A stretch of DNA of 64,000 nucleotides from positions 3,232,001-3,296,000 of the forward strand of contig OZ241907.1 of NCBI GenBank assembly GCA_965203515.1, read 5' to 3'. This DNA is from Spirochaetia bacterium (GTDB lineage Bacteria; Spirochaetota; Spirochaetia; SZUA-6; Bin103). This document shows, piece after piece, positions 20,333-29,459 of this stretch (the first letter of the stretch is position 1; every line of letters begins with the position of its first letter). The translations under genes were made by a program, and so were the position numbers. Below the pieces are notes generated by a model. That model ran no database searches, had not been told where the DNA came from, and was given only the letters and a program-made list of their open reading frames with translations.

Positions 20333-20551
20333 TCGGACGTCGCACTCACACCGGGCCAAGTAGGCGCGTGGTTGTTCAAGCCGAGTACCGGCGCCGCCGG
20401 CACCGTGGTCGAGGAGATCCCGCTGGACGTCGAGGTTGGAACCTATCCGGCCGGGTTCGACGAGGTCACCGAATCGTTGTACAACGAATGGGTCGGAATC
20501 TCCAACCGCATCGAAGCGGCGCGAGCGGCGAAGGCGGATCGGCGCGGGTGA
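20333..20551 (+). pseudogene. Orphan C-terminal fragment, probably of the AAA ATPase
   Basis: Start-less frame SDVALTPGQVGAWLFKP...VEEIPLD...GFDEVTESLYNEW; its TGA overlaps the next GTG (GTGA). Confidence 0.55.
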
Positions 20552-21021
20552 CCTCGGCGCTCACCGGAATCGACGCGAAGATCGACTCCCGCTGCCTGAC
20601 CGCGGCGCTGAACAAGCAGGGTTGCGAAGTTGGCTCCGAAGGCTACCGGCACTGCGGCGGGTGATCGATATGGATCATCCCAACGCGCCGGTAGAGCGCG
20701 CGCGGAAGTGTGACTATCTGCTGCTGGCGAAAGAATCGAATCCCCGGAGGTTGTTGGTGATGCCGCTGGAGTTGAAGAGCACGGGGCTCGATCCTGCTTC
20801 GGTCCAGTCCCAACTGCAAGCCGGCGCGCAAGCAGCGGAAGGAATCGTCGCAAGGTATTTCTTCACCGCCCCGGTTCGTTCCGGTCGCCGTGCACGGCCG
20901 CGGCAAGATGCGTCGAAGGACGTTCAAGGAGCTGCACAAGAAGCGGATTCAGTTTCGTTCAGGAGAATTTCAGATCATGACGATGAACTGTGGAGATCCG
21001 TTGATCTGGGCGCTCGAATAG
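20548..21021 (+). pseudogene. Frameshifted small PD-(D/E)XK-like protein (ATPase partner)
   Basis: Three segments joined by two compensating frameshifts (~20640, ~20860); KCDYL...PLELKS...QLQAG motif. Confidence 0.6.
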
Positions 21022-21080
21022 CTGTAGTAAGCGGCCGTCATGCTGCGCACCGGTCGGCGTCACGGCCGGAGAAGCACGTC

Positions 21081-21141
21081 CTGGAGCGCGCGCAACCAGC
21101 CGCCCGAGGCGCCGCGAGAGGGTGTGGCGTAGCCGGCAGGG
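21081..21141 (+). repeat. Orphan 3' end of the coiled-coil gene
   Basis: ctggagcgcgcgcaaccagccgcccgaggcgccgcgagagggtgtggcgtagccggcaggg matches the end and flank of 11539..11985. Confidence 0.85.
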
Positions 21142-21174
21142 ACCGCTGACCGCGAATCGCGACCATGTCGTCTA

Positions 21175-23307
21175 CTACTGATTGATCCATTCGTATATTT
21201 TCTCGCCGGCGGTGACGGTGTTATTGAACAAGGTGACGACCGGGGCGAGGCGCTGCAGACCGTCGAGCAGGCGCAGCAGTACCTGCCGTTCCACGATCAG
21301 GATGTCGCCGCTGCTCACCGGCGCGTCGAGCGCGGTGGTGCCCAGGCTGCGGCCGGTCTTGTCGACGAAGTGGATCAGCCCCAGTTCGGCCTCCCGCGTG
21401 ACGCCGCCGGCCCGCAGCAGGTAGTCGCGCACCGTCAGACCGAACTGGAACGGAATCACGCCGGGGCGGTTCACTTCGCCCAGCACGGTCACGAACACCT
21501 CGGCAGCCGGGATCACCACCATGTCGCGCGGCTCCAGCGGCAGATCGTCGCGCAGCCCGTCCCCGTCCCAGAGCGCTGCGGCGTCGAGCGCGATCCGCTC
21601 GCCGGCGCGCACCACGTAGCCTGATTCCGCGCGCGCGAACGGGGTGGGGCCGCCCACGGCGTACAGGGCGTCGTAGGCGGTCATGCCGGGAAAGAACGGC
21701 AGGATCGTCCGTACCGGCGCCGGCGCGGGCAGGCCGGCGTTCAGCGCCGGCGTGTCGGGCGGCAGCGCGGCCGGCAGCGCGATCGGCCCCTCGCCGTCGA
21801 TCGGCTTTCCGTACACCGCGCCTTCGACCACGATCGCCGAGCCGGAGCCGTAGCTCGACAGCACGCGCACCACCGCCGTGTCGTCCAGCGTCACCAGCAT
21901 CGCTTCCTCGAAGGTCACCGCCATCGACGCGTACCGTCCGTCCGGGTCGGGCTGGCGTACCATGACGCGCCGGCGGTTGGCGTACGGCGTCGGCCCGCCG
22001 GCCTGGTTCATCAGGTCCGCCACCGTCGCGCCGCGCAGCAGCTCGTACTCGCCCGGCAGCTCGACCGCCCCGGAGATGGAGACGGTGACGCGGGCGATCG
22101 GCGCCACCACCCGGTCCTCGGCCCGCAACGCGACGTCGGGCTGGGCGCCGTCCCAGACCGCGGCCGCGTCGAACGGCACCCGTTCGGCGTCGGCGCGGAT
22201 GATGAAGCCGGCGTCCGCCGCCGCGTACGGCGTGGGGCCGCCGAGCGCGGCCATCGCCTGCCGCAGGGTCAACCCCGTCGAGTAGGGGAGCGTCGCCTCG
22301 ACCGGCTCCTTGGGAATCGTGATCGTCGCGTCGCCGTCCTGAGGGCCGCGCTGCGGAGCGCCGTAGAACGCGCCGGACAGAATCACCGGGTCGATGTGCC
22401 GGTTCGTGGAGCCGACCACGATCGCGTCGTGGTGCCGCAGCGGAATGCGGTCCGCGTCCTCGAACGCCACCGTCGTACGGCCGAACGAGCCGGGCTCCGG
22501 ATAGCCGCTGATCTCGATGTGGTCCGGGTCGGCATCCGGCAGCAGCCCGCCCGCCCAGGCGATCAGCCCGGCCAGCCCTTCGGCAGGAAGCAGCTCGTAC
22601 GATCCGGGATACCGGACGCTGCCGGCGATGGTGACCGTAGTCTCCGCGACCGGCACGAACACGCGGTCGCCGGGCCGCAGCAACGGGTTGAATTCGTCCA
22701 CTCCGACCTCGAAGAAGCGGGCCAGGTCGATGCGCTGCGACTCCCCGCCGGCGCGGTCCAGCTCGATCAGCCGGCGGCTGCCGTGGTCGTCGAAGCCGCC
22801 GGCCAGCCGGATGGCGTCGTGCACGCGGTTGATGGCGTGCATGATCAGGGTGCCGGGGGAGCGGACCGCCCCGCCCACGAACACCTCGAACCGCGCCGGG
22901 GAGATCAGCTCGAACTCCACGTAGTCGGCAGGGAGGGAGTTCAGCTGGTCGAGGATGGAGTTGCGCAGGCGCGAATACTCCTGTCCGGCCGTCTCCACCG
23001 TGCCGACGTAGGGAACCTTGAGGTCGCCGTCGTCCTGGACGGTCAGGGTGTACTGCGCGGTCTGCGGGAGCGCGATCGTCAGCCGGTAGCGGTCCCCCGG
23101 CGTGACCAGGTAGCGCTGGGAGCTGAGCAGCGCGGCCAGCATCTCGGCTTCGGAGAGCGCCGCCGGCTCCGGGATGCGCTGGCCGAACGCGACGGCCGCT
23201 CCGCCGCCGGGCGACGCGCCGGCGTCGTCCTGCGCGGCCGCGTGCAGGACCGCGCACAGGGCCAGGAACAGCGTCAGAAGGGGGGAGAGCGTACGGGGCT
23301 TGATCAT
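21175..23307 (-). CDS. Polysaccharide export protein with multiple SLBB domains (Wza/KpsD-like)
   Basis: Signal peptide; YLVTPGD; repeated VxGAVxxPG SLBB motifs; ATGA-coupled to the upstream gene. Confidence 0.85.
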   Translation of the reverse strand: MIKPRTLSPLLTLFLALCAVLHAAAQDDAGASPGGGAAVAFGQRIPEPAALSEAEMLAALLSSQRYLVTPGDRYRLTIALPQTAQYTLTVQDDGDLKVPYVGTVETAGQEYSRLRNSILDQLNSLPADYVEFELISPARFEVFVGGAVRSPGTLIMHAINRVHDAIRLAGGFDDHGSRRLIELDRAGGESQRIDLARFFEVGVDEFNPLLRPGDRVFVPVAETTVTIAGSVRYPGSYELLPAEGLAGLIAWAGGLLPDADPDHIEISGYPEPGSFGRTTVAFEDADRIPLRHHDAIVVGSTNRHIDPVILSGAFYGAPQRGPQDGDATITIPKEPVEATLPYSTGLTLRQAMAALGGPTPYAAADAGFIIRADAERVPFDAAAVWDGAQPDVALRAEDRVVAPIARVTVSISGAVELPGEYELLRGATVADLMNQAGGPTPYANRRRVMVRQPDPDGRYASMAVTFEEAMLVTLDDTAVVRVLSSYGSGSAIVVEGAVYGKPIDGEGPIALPAALPPDTPALNAGLPAPAPVRTILPFFPGMTAYDALYAVGGPTPFARAESGYVVRAGERIALDAAALWDGDGLRDDLPLEPRDMVVIPAAEVFVTVLGEVNRPGVIPFQFGLTVRDYLLRAGGVTREAELGLIHFVDKTGRSLGTTALDAPVSSGDILIVERQVLLRLLDGLQRLAPVVTLFNNTVTAGEKIYEWINQ

Positions 23308-24584
23308 CTTCGCAGTCCGATCTCGTCGCGGATGGCGTCGAGTTGGCGCCGCTGGGCCGGGTCGCCCGCGGCGCGCTTGAAGTACTCCAGGGTGAACGCG
23401 GCCAGCACCGACGCCATGAAGGCGGCCAGCGTGCCGATGATGCAGATCAGGGAGCGGCGCGGCCGGCTCTTGCGGAGCGGCACCTCTACCGGCTCGACGA
23501 TCTGGAAGGATGCATCCTGGGCGCTCTCCTCGATGCGCGCGCTTTCGAACTGCGAACGGAGGAAGGAGAGGATCGTGTCGTGCACGCCCAGCTCCGTCGC
23601 CAGGTCGAGGTAGTCTTTGCTCAACTCCGGCAGGGCGCTCAGCGGCGTGTCCGCCTTCCCGAACTCCTTGAAGCCGCTCTCGATCTCCCGGATGAGCGCG
23701 CGCAGCTTGTCGACCTCGCTCCGCAGCCGTCGCACGCCCGCGTTGTTCTCTCCCAGCAGGTCGATCTGCGAGGAGAGATCCGCTTCCTTGCGGTACAGGT
23801 CGGTCTTGAGCGAAGTGACCTGCTGGATCGTCGACTCCCATTGGGCGGTCGGGTTGGCCATTCCGTGCTCGGTCTGGAAGTCGATCAGCTTGTCTTGCGC
23901 CGCCGTGCGCTCCCGCTCGACGGCGGCCATCCGCTCTTTCAGGAACTCCTTGCGCAGGCGCACGCGATCGATCGTCAACGCGTGCACCTTTTCGCGGAGC
24001 TGCTCCACCGCGAACTCCAGGCCGGCGGCCGCCCGTGCGGCAACGAAGTGATCGTAGGAGATCACCAGCAGGCCGGAGTCGATCCGGAAATCGGTCGTCA
24101 GGTTGGCCTGCAGCCGGTTCCGCGCGTCGAGGATGTCGGCGCCGTCGGACGCGTCGGTGACGAACTCCTGCTGCCGGGCGAGCGCGTCCAGGACCGTCCG
24201 GCCGAGCAGGATCTCCTGGGCCCGGTTGGCGTCCGTGCTCGTACCGGTCGCCAGCAGACCCGCGAAGTCGGCCAGGCCGCCGCCGGCGGGAACTTGGCTG
24301 AGCAGGCTGGCGGCGGCCGAGCCGTAGTCGGGCGCGTCGTCGGAGATCATCACCGTGACGCTGGCGGTATATCGGTCGGGCAGCAGGTTCAGCGGGGACT
24401 CCGCGGGAATGACCCTCGCGGCGAGGTTGTAGGCGACCAGGACCGCCGCCGCGATGCCGGTGGTGAGCGCGATGACCCGCCGGCGGCGGACCAGGATCAA
24501 GATCAGGTCCAGGACCGTGAAGGCATCGTCCCGGACGGCCTCCGCGCCCGCCGCGGCGGACGGAGGCTCCTGCGGTTCGCTCAT
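23304..24584 (-). CDS. Polysaccharide co-polymerase / chain-length determinant (Wzz/GumC)
   Basis: Two terminal TM segments, central coiled coil, VEVPLRKSRPRRSLI motif. Confidence 0.85.
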   Translation of the reverse strand: MSEPQEPPSAAAGAEAVRDDAFTVLDLILILVRRRRVIALTTGIAAAVLVAYNLAARVIPAESPLNLLPDRYTASVTVMISDDAPDYGSAAASLLSQVPAGGGLADFAGLLATGTSTDANRAQEILLGRTVLDALARQQEFVTDASDGADILDARNRLQANLTTDFRIDSGLLVISYDHFVAARAAAGLEFAVEQLREKVHALTIDRVRLRKEFLKERMAAVERERTAAQDKLIDFQTEHGMANPTAQWESTIQQVTSLKTDLYRKEADLSSQIDLLGENNAGVRRLRSEVDKLRALIREIESGFKEFGKADTPLSALPELSKDYLDLATELGVHDTILSFLRSQFESARIEESAQDASFQIVEPVEVPLRKSRPRRSLICIIGTLAAFMASVLAAFTLEYFKRAAGDPAQRRQLDAIRDEIGLRR

Positions 24585-24734
24585 CGGGTACCCCTCCTAG
24601 AGTCGGGATGTTGGGCGCGCGACTTGACGCGGCCCGCCGGGAGCGGGACCCGGTCGGGCCGGATTGAAGCGCGGGAGCCGGCCGAGCGCTATCTTTGGCA
24701 GGAGGCGCCGCGTGTATACTGGAGACGAGGCTGC

Positions 24735-25103
24735 ATGATGCCGCTGGGAACCGCCGAGCTCGAACAGATCGATGCGTACGTACGGTCCAACGTACGGGAA
24801 TGGGTGGAGGAGTGCGTCGAATCGCGGCTTCTGGAACGGATGACCCGCGTGGAACACGAACTCAAGCTGCAACGCGAGGTCATGATCGAACGCTTCAAGG
24901 CGGTCGACGAACGCTTCAAGGCGGTGGACACGCGTTTCGCGGACATGCAGGCGAGCATGGACAACCGCTTCCATGACATGCAGATCAGCATGGACCGACG
25001 GTTCGAGGATATGCACAGACGGTTCAACGGCCTGCAGTGGATGATCGGCGGCGGCGTCGTGCTGCTGGCGACCATGATGTCGCTCTACCGATTCTTGGGA
25101 TGA
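24735..25103 (+). CDS. Coiled-coil protein with C-terminal TM anchor (CCDC90/DUF1640-like)
   Basis: RFKAVD and MDxRF 7/11 repeats followed by a hydrophobic C-terminus. Confidence 0.75.
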   Translation: MMPLGTAELEQIDAYVRSNVREWVEECVESRLLERMTRVEHELKLQREVMIERFKAVDERFKAVDTRFADMQASMDNRFHDMQISMDRRFEDMHRRFNGLQWMIGGGVVLLATMMSLYRFLG

Positions 25104-26065
25104 CCGGCTCGGGTGAAGCCGAGCGCCGGAAGCCGCGCTTCGGCGGCGCGGATCTTCTCCTCGGTGCCCAGGTCGGTCCAGTAGCCGTCGGCCGGCACCG
25201 CCACCATGCGGCCGTCGGCGGCGACCCGCCCGTACAGTGACTCGTACTTCACCGCGCCTTCGTGCGCGGCGTAGTCGAGCTCGCCGCGCTCCAGCGCCTG
25301 CGAGGTGCGCACCATCGCGTCGCTGAGGTAGCGGGCGAACAGACGGCGCGGGTTGGGGACGATGGAGAACCCGGAGTTGATCGGCGTCCACCGCCGGCCG
25401 GCCCGCTGCAGGAATCGATTGCGCTCCTTCGGCGCCTTTTCCCGGAACCCACGCACCAGGCCGCTCGGTTCGTCCAGGTCCAGGGCGCCGTAGTCGCTCG
25501 ACTCCTCCCAGGGCACCAGCGCGGCGACGACGATCACGCTCTCCTCCGCGTCGAGGCCGCAGGCGGCCGCGCGCTCCAGGCCCTGCCGGTAGCATTGGTA
25601 CAGGTCGGCGTCGAGCAGGTTGTCCCCGTTGGCGTAGACGACCGGACGCGCCGGCAACCGGCCGGCGGCGTGCAGCTTCACGATCGGGGCGATGGTGCCG
25701 GCCGGGCGCGCCTCGATCAGGACCTCCACCGGCAGGCCGCGGTAGCGGCCGCCGTGCGCGGCGCGAACGTGGCGCCGCAGCAGCGCGCCGCCCGCTCCGG
25801 CCGCCAGGACGACCCGCTCCACCCGGCCGCAGGCCGCGTGGATGTCGAGGTGCCACTCGATCATCGGCTTCACCGGCCCAGCGCTCCCGGCGCCTCCGGC
25901 GCGCATCGACGCCAGCGCCTTGGGGCCGGCGGCGCCCCACGCGCCGGCCGGCAGGTGGGGGTGCGTGTCGCGGTCGAGCCGCTTGCGCGTCTCGGCCAGC
26001 CGGGTGCCCCGGCCGCCGGCCAGGACGATCGACCAGAGGGTCTCCGCCGCCGCGGGCGCCCGCAC
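25085..26065 (-). CDS. Sugar-phosphate nucleotidyltransferase family protein
   Basis: IVLAGGRGTRL, NGDNL, FREK, YWTDLGT. Confidence 0.8.
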   Translation of the reverse strand: MRAPAAAETLWSIVLAGGRGTRLAETRKRLDRDTHPHLPAGAWGAAGPKALASMRAGGAGSAGPVKPMIEWHLDIHAACGRVERVVLAAGAGGALLRRHVRAAHGGRYRGLPVEVLIEARPAGTIAPIVKLHAAGRLPARPVVYANGDNLLDADLYQCYRQGLERAAACGLDAEESVIVVAALVPWEESSDYGALDLDEPSGLVRGFREKAPKERNRFLQRAGRRWTPINSGFSIVPNPRRLFARYLSDAMVRTSQALERGELDYAAHEGAVKYESLYGRVAADGRMVAVPADGYWTDLGTEEKIRAAEARLPALGFTRAGHPKNR

Positions 26066-26070
26066 CGGCC

Positions 26071-27291
26071 TCAGGTCCCGGAGGAGATCGCCAGCGGCTC
26101 GTCGCGCGGCTGGTCGACCAGCGGCCGGCAGCCGCCGGACTCGATCACGAAGGAGCGTTCGACGTGCACGGAGGCCGCGCCGGCCGCCCAGAGCGGCGCT
26201 TCCAGGTTGATCACCATGCCGGCCTCCAACGGCAGGTCGGCCGGCCGGCTGACGAAGTCGTCCTCGATGCGCAGCCCGGTGTCGGGGACCAGGATCGGGT
26301 AGTCGCGCACCTCCAGGCCGATGCCGTGGCCGTGCGGGAAGCCGGTCAGGCCGGCCGCCGCCAGGGACGCGCGCATCGCCGCCGCCGCCGCGGACGCCGG
26401 CCGGCCCGGCGCCAAGCGTTCCACGCCGGCCAGCAGCGCGTCCCGAGCCGCCGCCTGCCGCCGGCGGCAGGCCTGGTCGGGCGGGCCGAAGGCGATGGTG
26501 TGGCCGGTGTCGGAGAACCAGGACCGCAGCCGGCAGCCGTGGTCGAAGGCCATTGAGCCGCGCTCCGGCAGGCGGTAGTCGGCGTCGGTGGCCAGGCCGT
26601 AGCCGGTGGGGCTGCCGGAGAAGTGGTCGAGGTCGGCGCCGTGCTCGGCCAGCCGCAGGCGGTACAGGTCGGAAAGCTCCCGCCAGCTCGATCCCACGCA
26701 CGCCACGGCCAGCGTTTCCGCGGCCGCGTACTCGGCCGCTTCGGCGGCGCGTTCGAGCTGGGCGATCTGCGGCGCCGACTTCACCATGCGGCTCAGACGG
26801 AGCAGGTTGGTGCAGTCGCCGAGCCGGCGCCCGCCGGCGGCGATCCGCTCCCAGGCGCCGGCTGCCAGCGACTCGCGCTCTACGCCGATGCGAGCGCCGG
26901 CGCCGGCGCCGTCCAGCAGGGCCGCCAGCGCGTCGGCCCGCGTCGCGTACCGCGGGCGGCGGGCGAAGGCGTCCGCCACCGCCCGGAAATCGGCCGGCAG
27001 GTCATGCGGAGCGCCCTCGTCTCCTCCCCACACGACGATCCGGTCGGCGCGCGCGCCGGCGGCGTTGGCCGCCATCTCGGCGGCGGTCAGCAGGGTCACC
27101 TCTCCCTCGATCGTGAGGAGCACCAGCGCCTGCTGCAGCGCCGGCGATCCGCCCGGCCGCATCATGTGCTCCCGGAAGAGCGGGTCGAGCCAGTTGCGGT
27201 AGTCGGCCAGATCGGCCACCGAGGCCGGGGAGGTGCCGACCAGCACGTCGATCCCGCACGCGCGCATCTCGTCGAGCGTTCGCGCTACCAT
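26071..27291 (-). CDS. Xaa-Pro peptidase (M24) family
   Basis: RMVKS, SDTGHT, HGHGIGL, NLEAP, HVE. Confidence 0.85.
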   Translation of the reverse strand: MVARTLDEMRACGIDVLVGTSPASVADLADYRNWLDPLFREHMMRPGGSPALQQALVLLTIEGEVTLLTAAEMAANAAGARADRIVVWGGDEGAPHDLPADFRAVADAFARRPRYATRADALAALLDGAGAGARIGVERESLAAGAWERIAAGGRRLGDCTNLLRLSRMVKSAPQIAQLERAAEAAEYAAAETLAVACVGSSWRELSDLYRLRLAEHGADLDHFSGSPTGYGLATDADYRLPERGSMAFDHGCRLRSWFSDTGHTIAFGPPDQACRRRQAAARDALLAGVERLAPGRPASAAAAAMRASLAAAGLTGFPHGHGIGLEVRDYPILVPDTGLRIEDDFVSRPADLPLEAGMVINLEAPLWAAGAASVHVERSFVIESGGCRPLVDQPRDEPLAISSGT

Positions 27292-27297
27292 CGGCCG

Positions 27298-28116
27298 ATG
27301 CTCCCTGTCCCGCGGCGGCTGGTGCTGGGCGGCCTGGACTGTCTGCTGCTTGCGCCGCCGGCCGGACGCGCCGCCGGCTTGGCCGTCTTCTGCCATGGGT
27401 TCGGCGCTCCCGGCAACGATCTGGCGCCTCTGGGCGCGGACCTGTTCGGCTCCGCAGGGATAGCGGCGGCAGGGATCGGGGCGGCCGCAGGGAGCGGGGC
27501 GGCCGCAGGGAGCGGGGCGGCGGCAGGGAGCGGGGCGGCGGCAGGGTCCGGGGAACTGGCGATGCTCTTGCCGGCGGCGCCCTTGTCGCTGGCCGCCGAA
27601 GGTCTGCCGGACGGCCGCGCGTGGTGGCCGCTCGACATGTCGCGGCTGCAGACCGGTGCGCCGCTCGATGCGGGGGAGATGGCGCGCCTGGAGCCGGCCG
27701 GTTCGGGCGAGGCCGCCGCCGCGCTGGGCGAGGCGGCCGCCGCCTGCGCCGAACGGCTCCGCCTGGAGCCGCGCCGCGTGGTGCTGGGCGGGTTCTCGCA
27801 GGGCGCGATGGTGGCCGCCGACTGCGCGTTCCGCTCGGGCCTCCCCTGGGCGGGGCTGTGCCTGTGGTCGGGCGCGCCGCTGCACCTGGCGCGCTGGCGG
27901 CGCCAAGCCGAGTCGCTGGCCGGCCGGCCGGTCCTGCAGACCCACGGACGCCTGGATCCGATCCTGCCGTTCGACGGCGCGGAGGCGGTACGCGACACGT
28001 TGACGGCCGCCGGCATGGTGGTCGACTTCCGCCCGTTCATGGGCGGACACACGATACCGCCGGAGGCGCTGGCCGCGTTGCCGGGGTTCCTGCGGACCGC
28101 CTGCGGGCTGGAGTGA
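27298..28116 (+). CDS. Phospholipase/carboxylesterase (alpha/beta hydrolase)
   Basis: CHGFGAPG, GGFSQG, HGRLDPILP, GGHTIP; 18-bp GSGAAA repeat insertion. Confidence 0.88.
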   Translation: MLPVPRRLVLGGLDCLLLAPPAGRAAGLAVFCHGFGAPGNDLAPLGADLFGSAGIAAAGIGAAAGSGAAAGSGAAAGSGAAAGSGELAMLLPAAPLSLAAEGLPDGRAWWPLDMSRLQTGAPLDAGEMARLEPAGSGEAAAALGEAAAACAERLRLEPRRVVLGGFSQGAMVAADCAFRSGLPWAGLCLWSGAPLHLARWRRQAESLAGRPVLQTHGRLDPILPFDGAEAVRDTLTAAGMVVDFRPFMGGHTIPPEALAALPGFLRTACGLE

Positions 28117-28122
28117 GCGGGG

Positions 28123-28338
28123 TCAGTCGGAGCCCTGCGCTGCAGCCGGGGCGAACAGCCGCATCGCCCCCTGCACGAGTGCATCCAGCACGAACCACGT
28201 AGCCAGGAACGCGACGCATTCCAGCGCGAAGCTGCCGAACTTGTAGAACAGCTCGGCGGTCAGAAAGGCGATCCCCGCGACCGGGAGCTGCCGTGCCAGC
28301 AGGTTCCCGGCGCCGAGGGTCTTGATCAGTTGAAACAT
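28123..28338 (-). CDS. Small membrane protein
   Basis: 71 aa, two hydrophobic segments, AELFYKFGSFALEC; RBS GAGG. Confidence 0.65.
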   Translation of the reverse strand: MFQLIKTLGAGNLLARQLPVAGIAFLTAELFYKFGSFALECVAFLATWFVLDALVQGAMRLFAPAAAQGSD

Positions 28339-28408
28339 CGACGCACCTCGTGCAGGGACGGTAGCCCGGAACGGCGGTCGATCGCCAGCGCCGCGCCGCT
28401 CGCGCGGT

Positions 28409-29440
28409 GTGTGGTACCCTGATGCCGTGCTCGCGACCGAGCGGGTCGGTATCGGCAGGACCGGCGTCACCGTCACCAGGATAGGTTTGGGCGGCGCTCC
28501 GCTGGCCCATCTGCGCACCAAGGCCGGCGACAAGGCCGCGCAGGGGGCGATCGCCGCCGCTTACGAGGCCGGCGTGCGCTACTTCGACACCGCGCCCCGC
28601 TACGGCGCCGGCCTGTCGGAGCAGCGGCTGGGCGAGACGCTGCAGGGCATGCCGCGCGACGAGTTCACGATCTCCACCAAGGTCGGCTTTCTGCTCGACC
28701 CGGCGCAGCCGCCGAGCTCGGGGCGCGGCCACGTGCAGGTCGCCTGCGACTTCTCCCGCCACGCCGTGCTGCGCTCGCTGGAGGAGAGCTGCGCACGGCT
28801 GCGCACCGACCGCATCGACATCGCCCTCATCCATGACCCCGACTACGCGCCGGGCGACCCCGAAGGCGATCCCGGCGCCGCCACCGGCAACCACTTCCGC
28901 GAGGTGATGGAGGGCGCCTATCCGGCGCTGCACGATCTGCGCGCGCAGGGCGTGGTGCGCGCGATCGGCTTGGGCATGAATCAATGGCAGATGCTGCTGG
29001 CCTTCGCGCGCGAGGCGCAATTCGACTGCTTCATGCTGGCCGGCCGCTACACGCTGCTCGATCAGACGGCGCTGCCGAAGTTGATGCCCGCGTGCGCGGA
29101 GCGCGGCATCGCGGTGATCCTGGCATCCGTGTTCAACTCCGGCATCCTGGCCGCCGGTCCGAGCCGCGACGCGACGTTCAACTACTCTCCCGCTCCCGCG
29201 GGGATCAAGGAGCGGACGCGCGGGCTGGAGGCGGTCTGCGCCCGCCATGAGGTGGCGCTGCCGGCCGCCGCGCTGCAATTCCCGCTGGCCCATCCGGCCG
29301 CCGCGGCGGCCGCGGTCGGCGCGCGCGACGCGGCCGAGGTGACGGCCGATCTCGGTCATGCCTCCGCGCGGATACCGCACGCCTTCTGGCGAGAGATCGG
29401 CCAGCGCGAATTGATCGACCCCAACGCCCCTACGCCGTAG
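28409..29440 (+). CDS. Aldo/keto reductase (D-threo-aldose 1-dehydrogenase-like)
   Basis: FDTAPRYG, STKVG, IHDPD, AGRYTLLD. Confidence 0.9.
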   Translation: MWYPDAVLATERVGIGRTGVTVTRIGLGGAPLAHLRTKAGDKAAQGAIAAAYEAGVRYFDTAPRYGAGLSEQRLGETLQGMPRDEFTISTKVGFLLDPAQPPSSGRGHVQVACDFSRHAVLRSLEESCARLRTDRIDIALIHDPDYAPGDPEGDPGAATGNHFREVMEGAYPALHDLRAQGVVRAIGLGMNQWQMLLAFAREAQFDCFMLAGRYTLLDQTALPKLMPACAERGIAVILASVFNSGILAAGPSRDATFNYSPAPAGIKERTRGLEAVCARHEVALPAAALQFPLAHPAAAAAAVGARDAAEVTADLGHASARIPHAFWREIGQRELIDPNAPTP

Positions 29441-29459
29441 CGCGCCACTCCGGTTTCCG

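Noticed and set aside
11200..21150. Integron cassette array or diversity-generating retroelement
   Set aside because: No integrase or reverse transcriptase, no attC-like palindromes, and no adenine-specific variation between repeats
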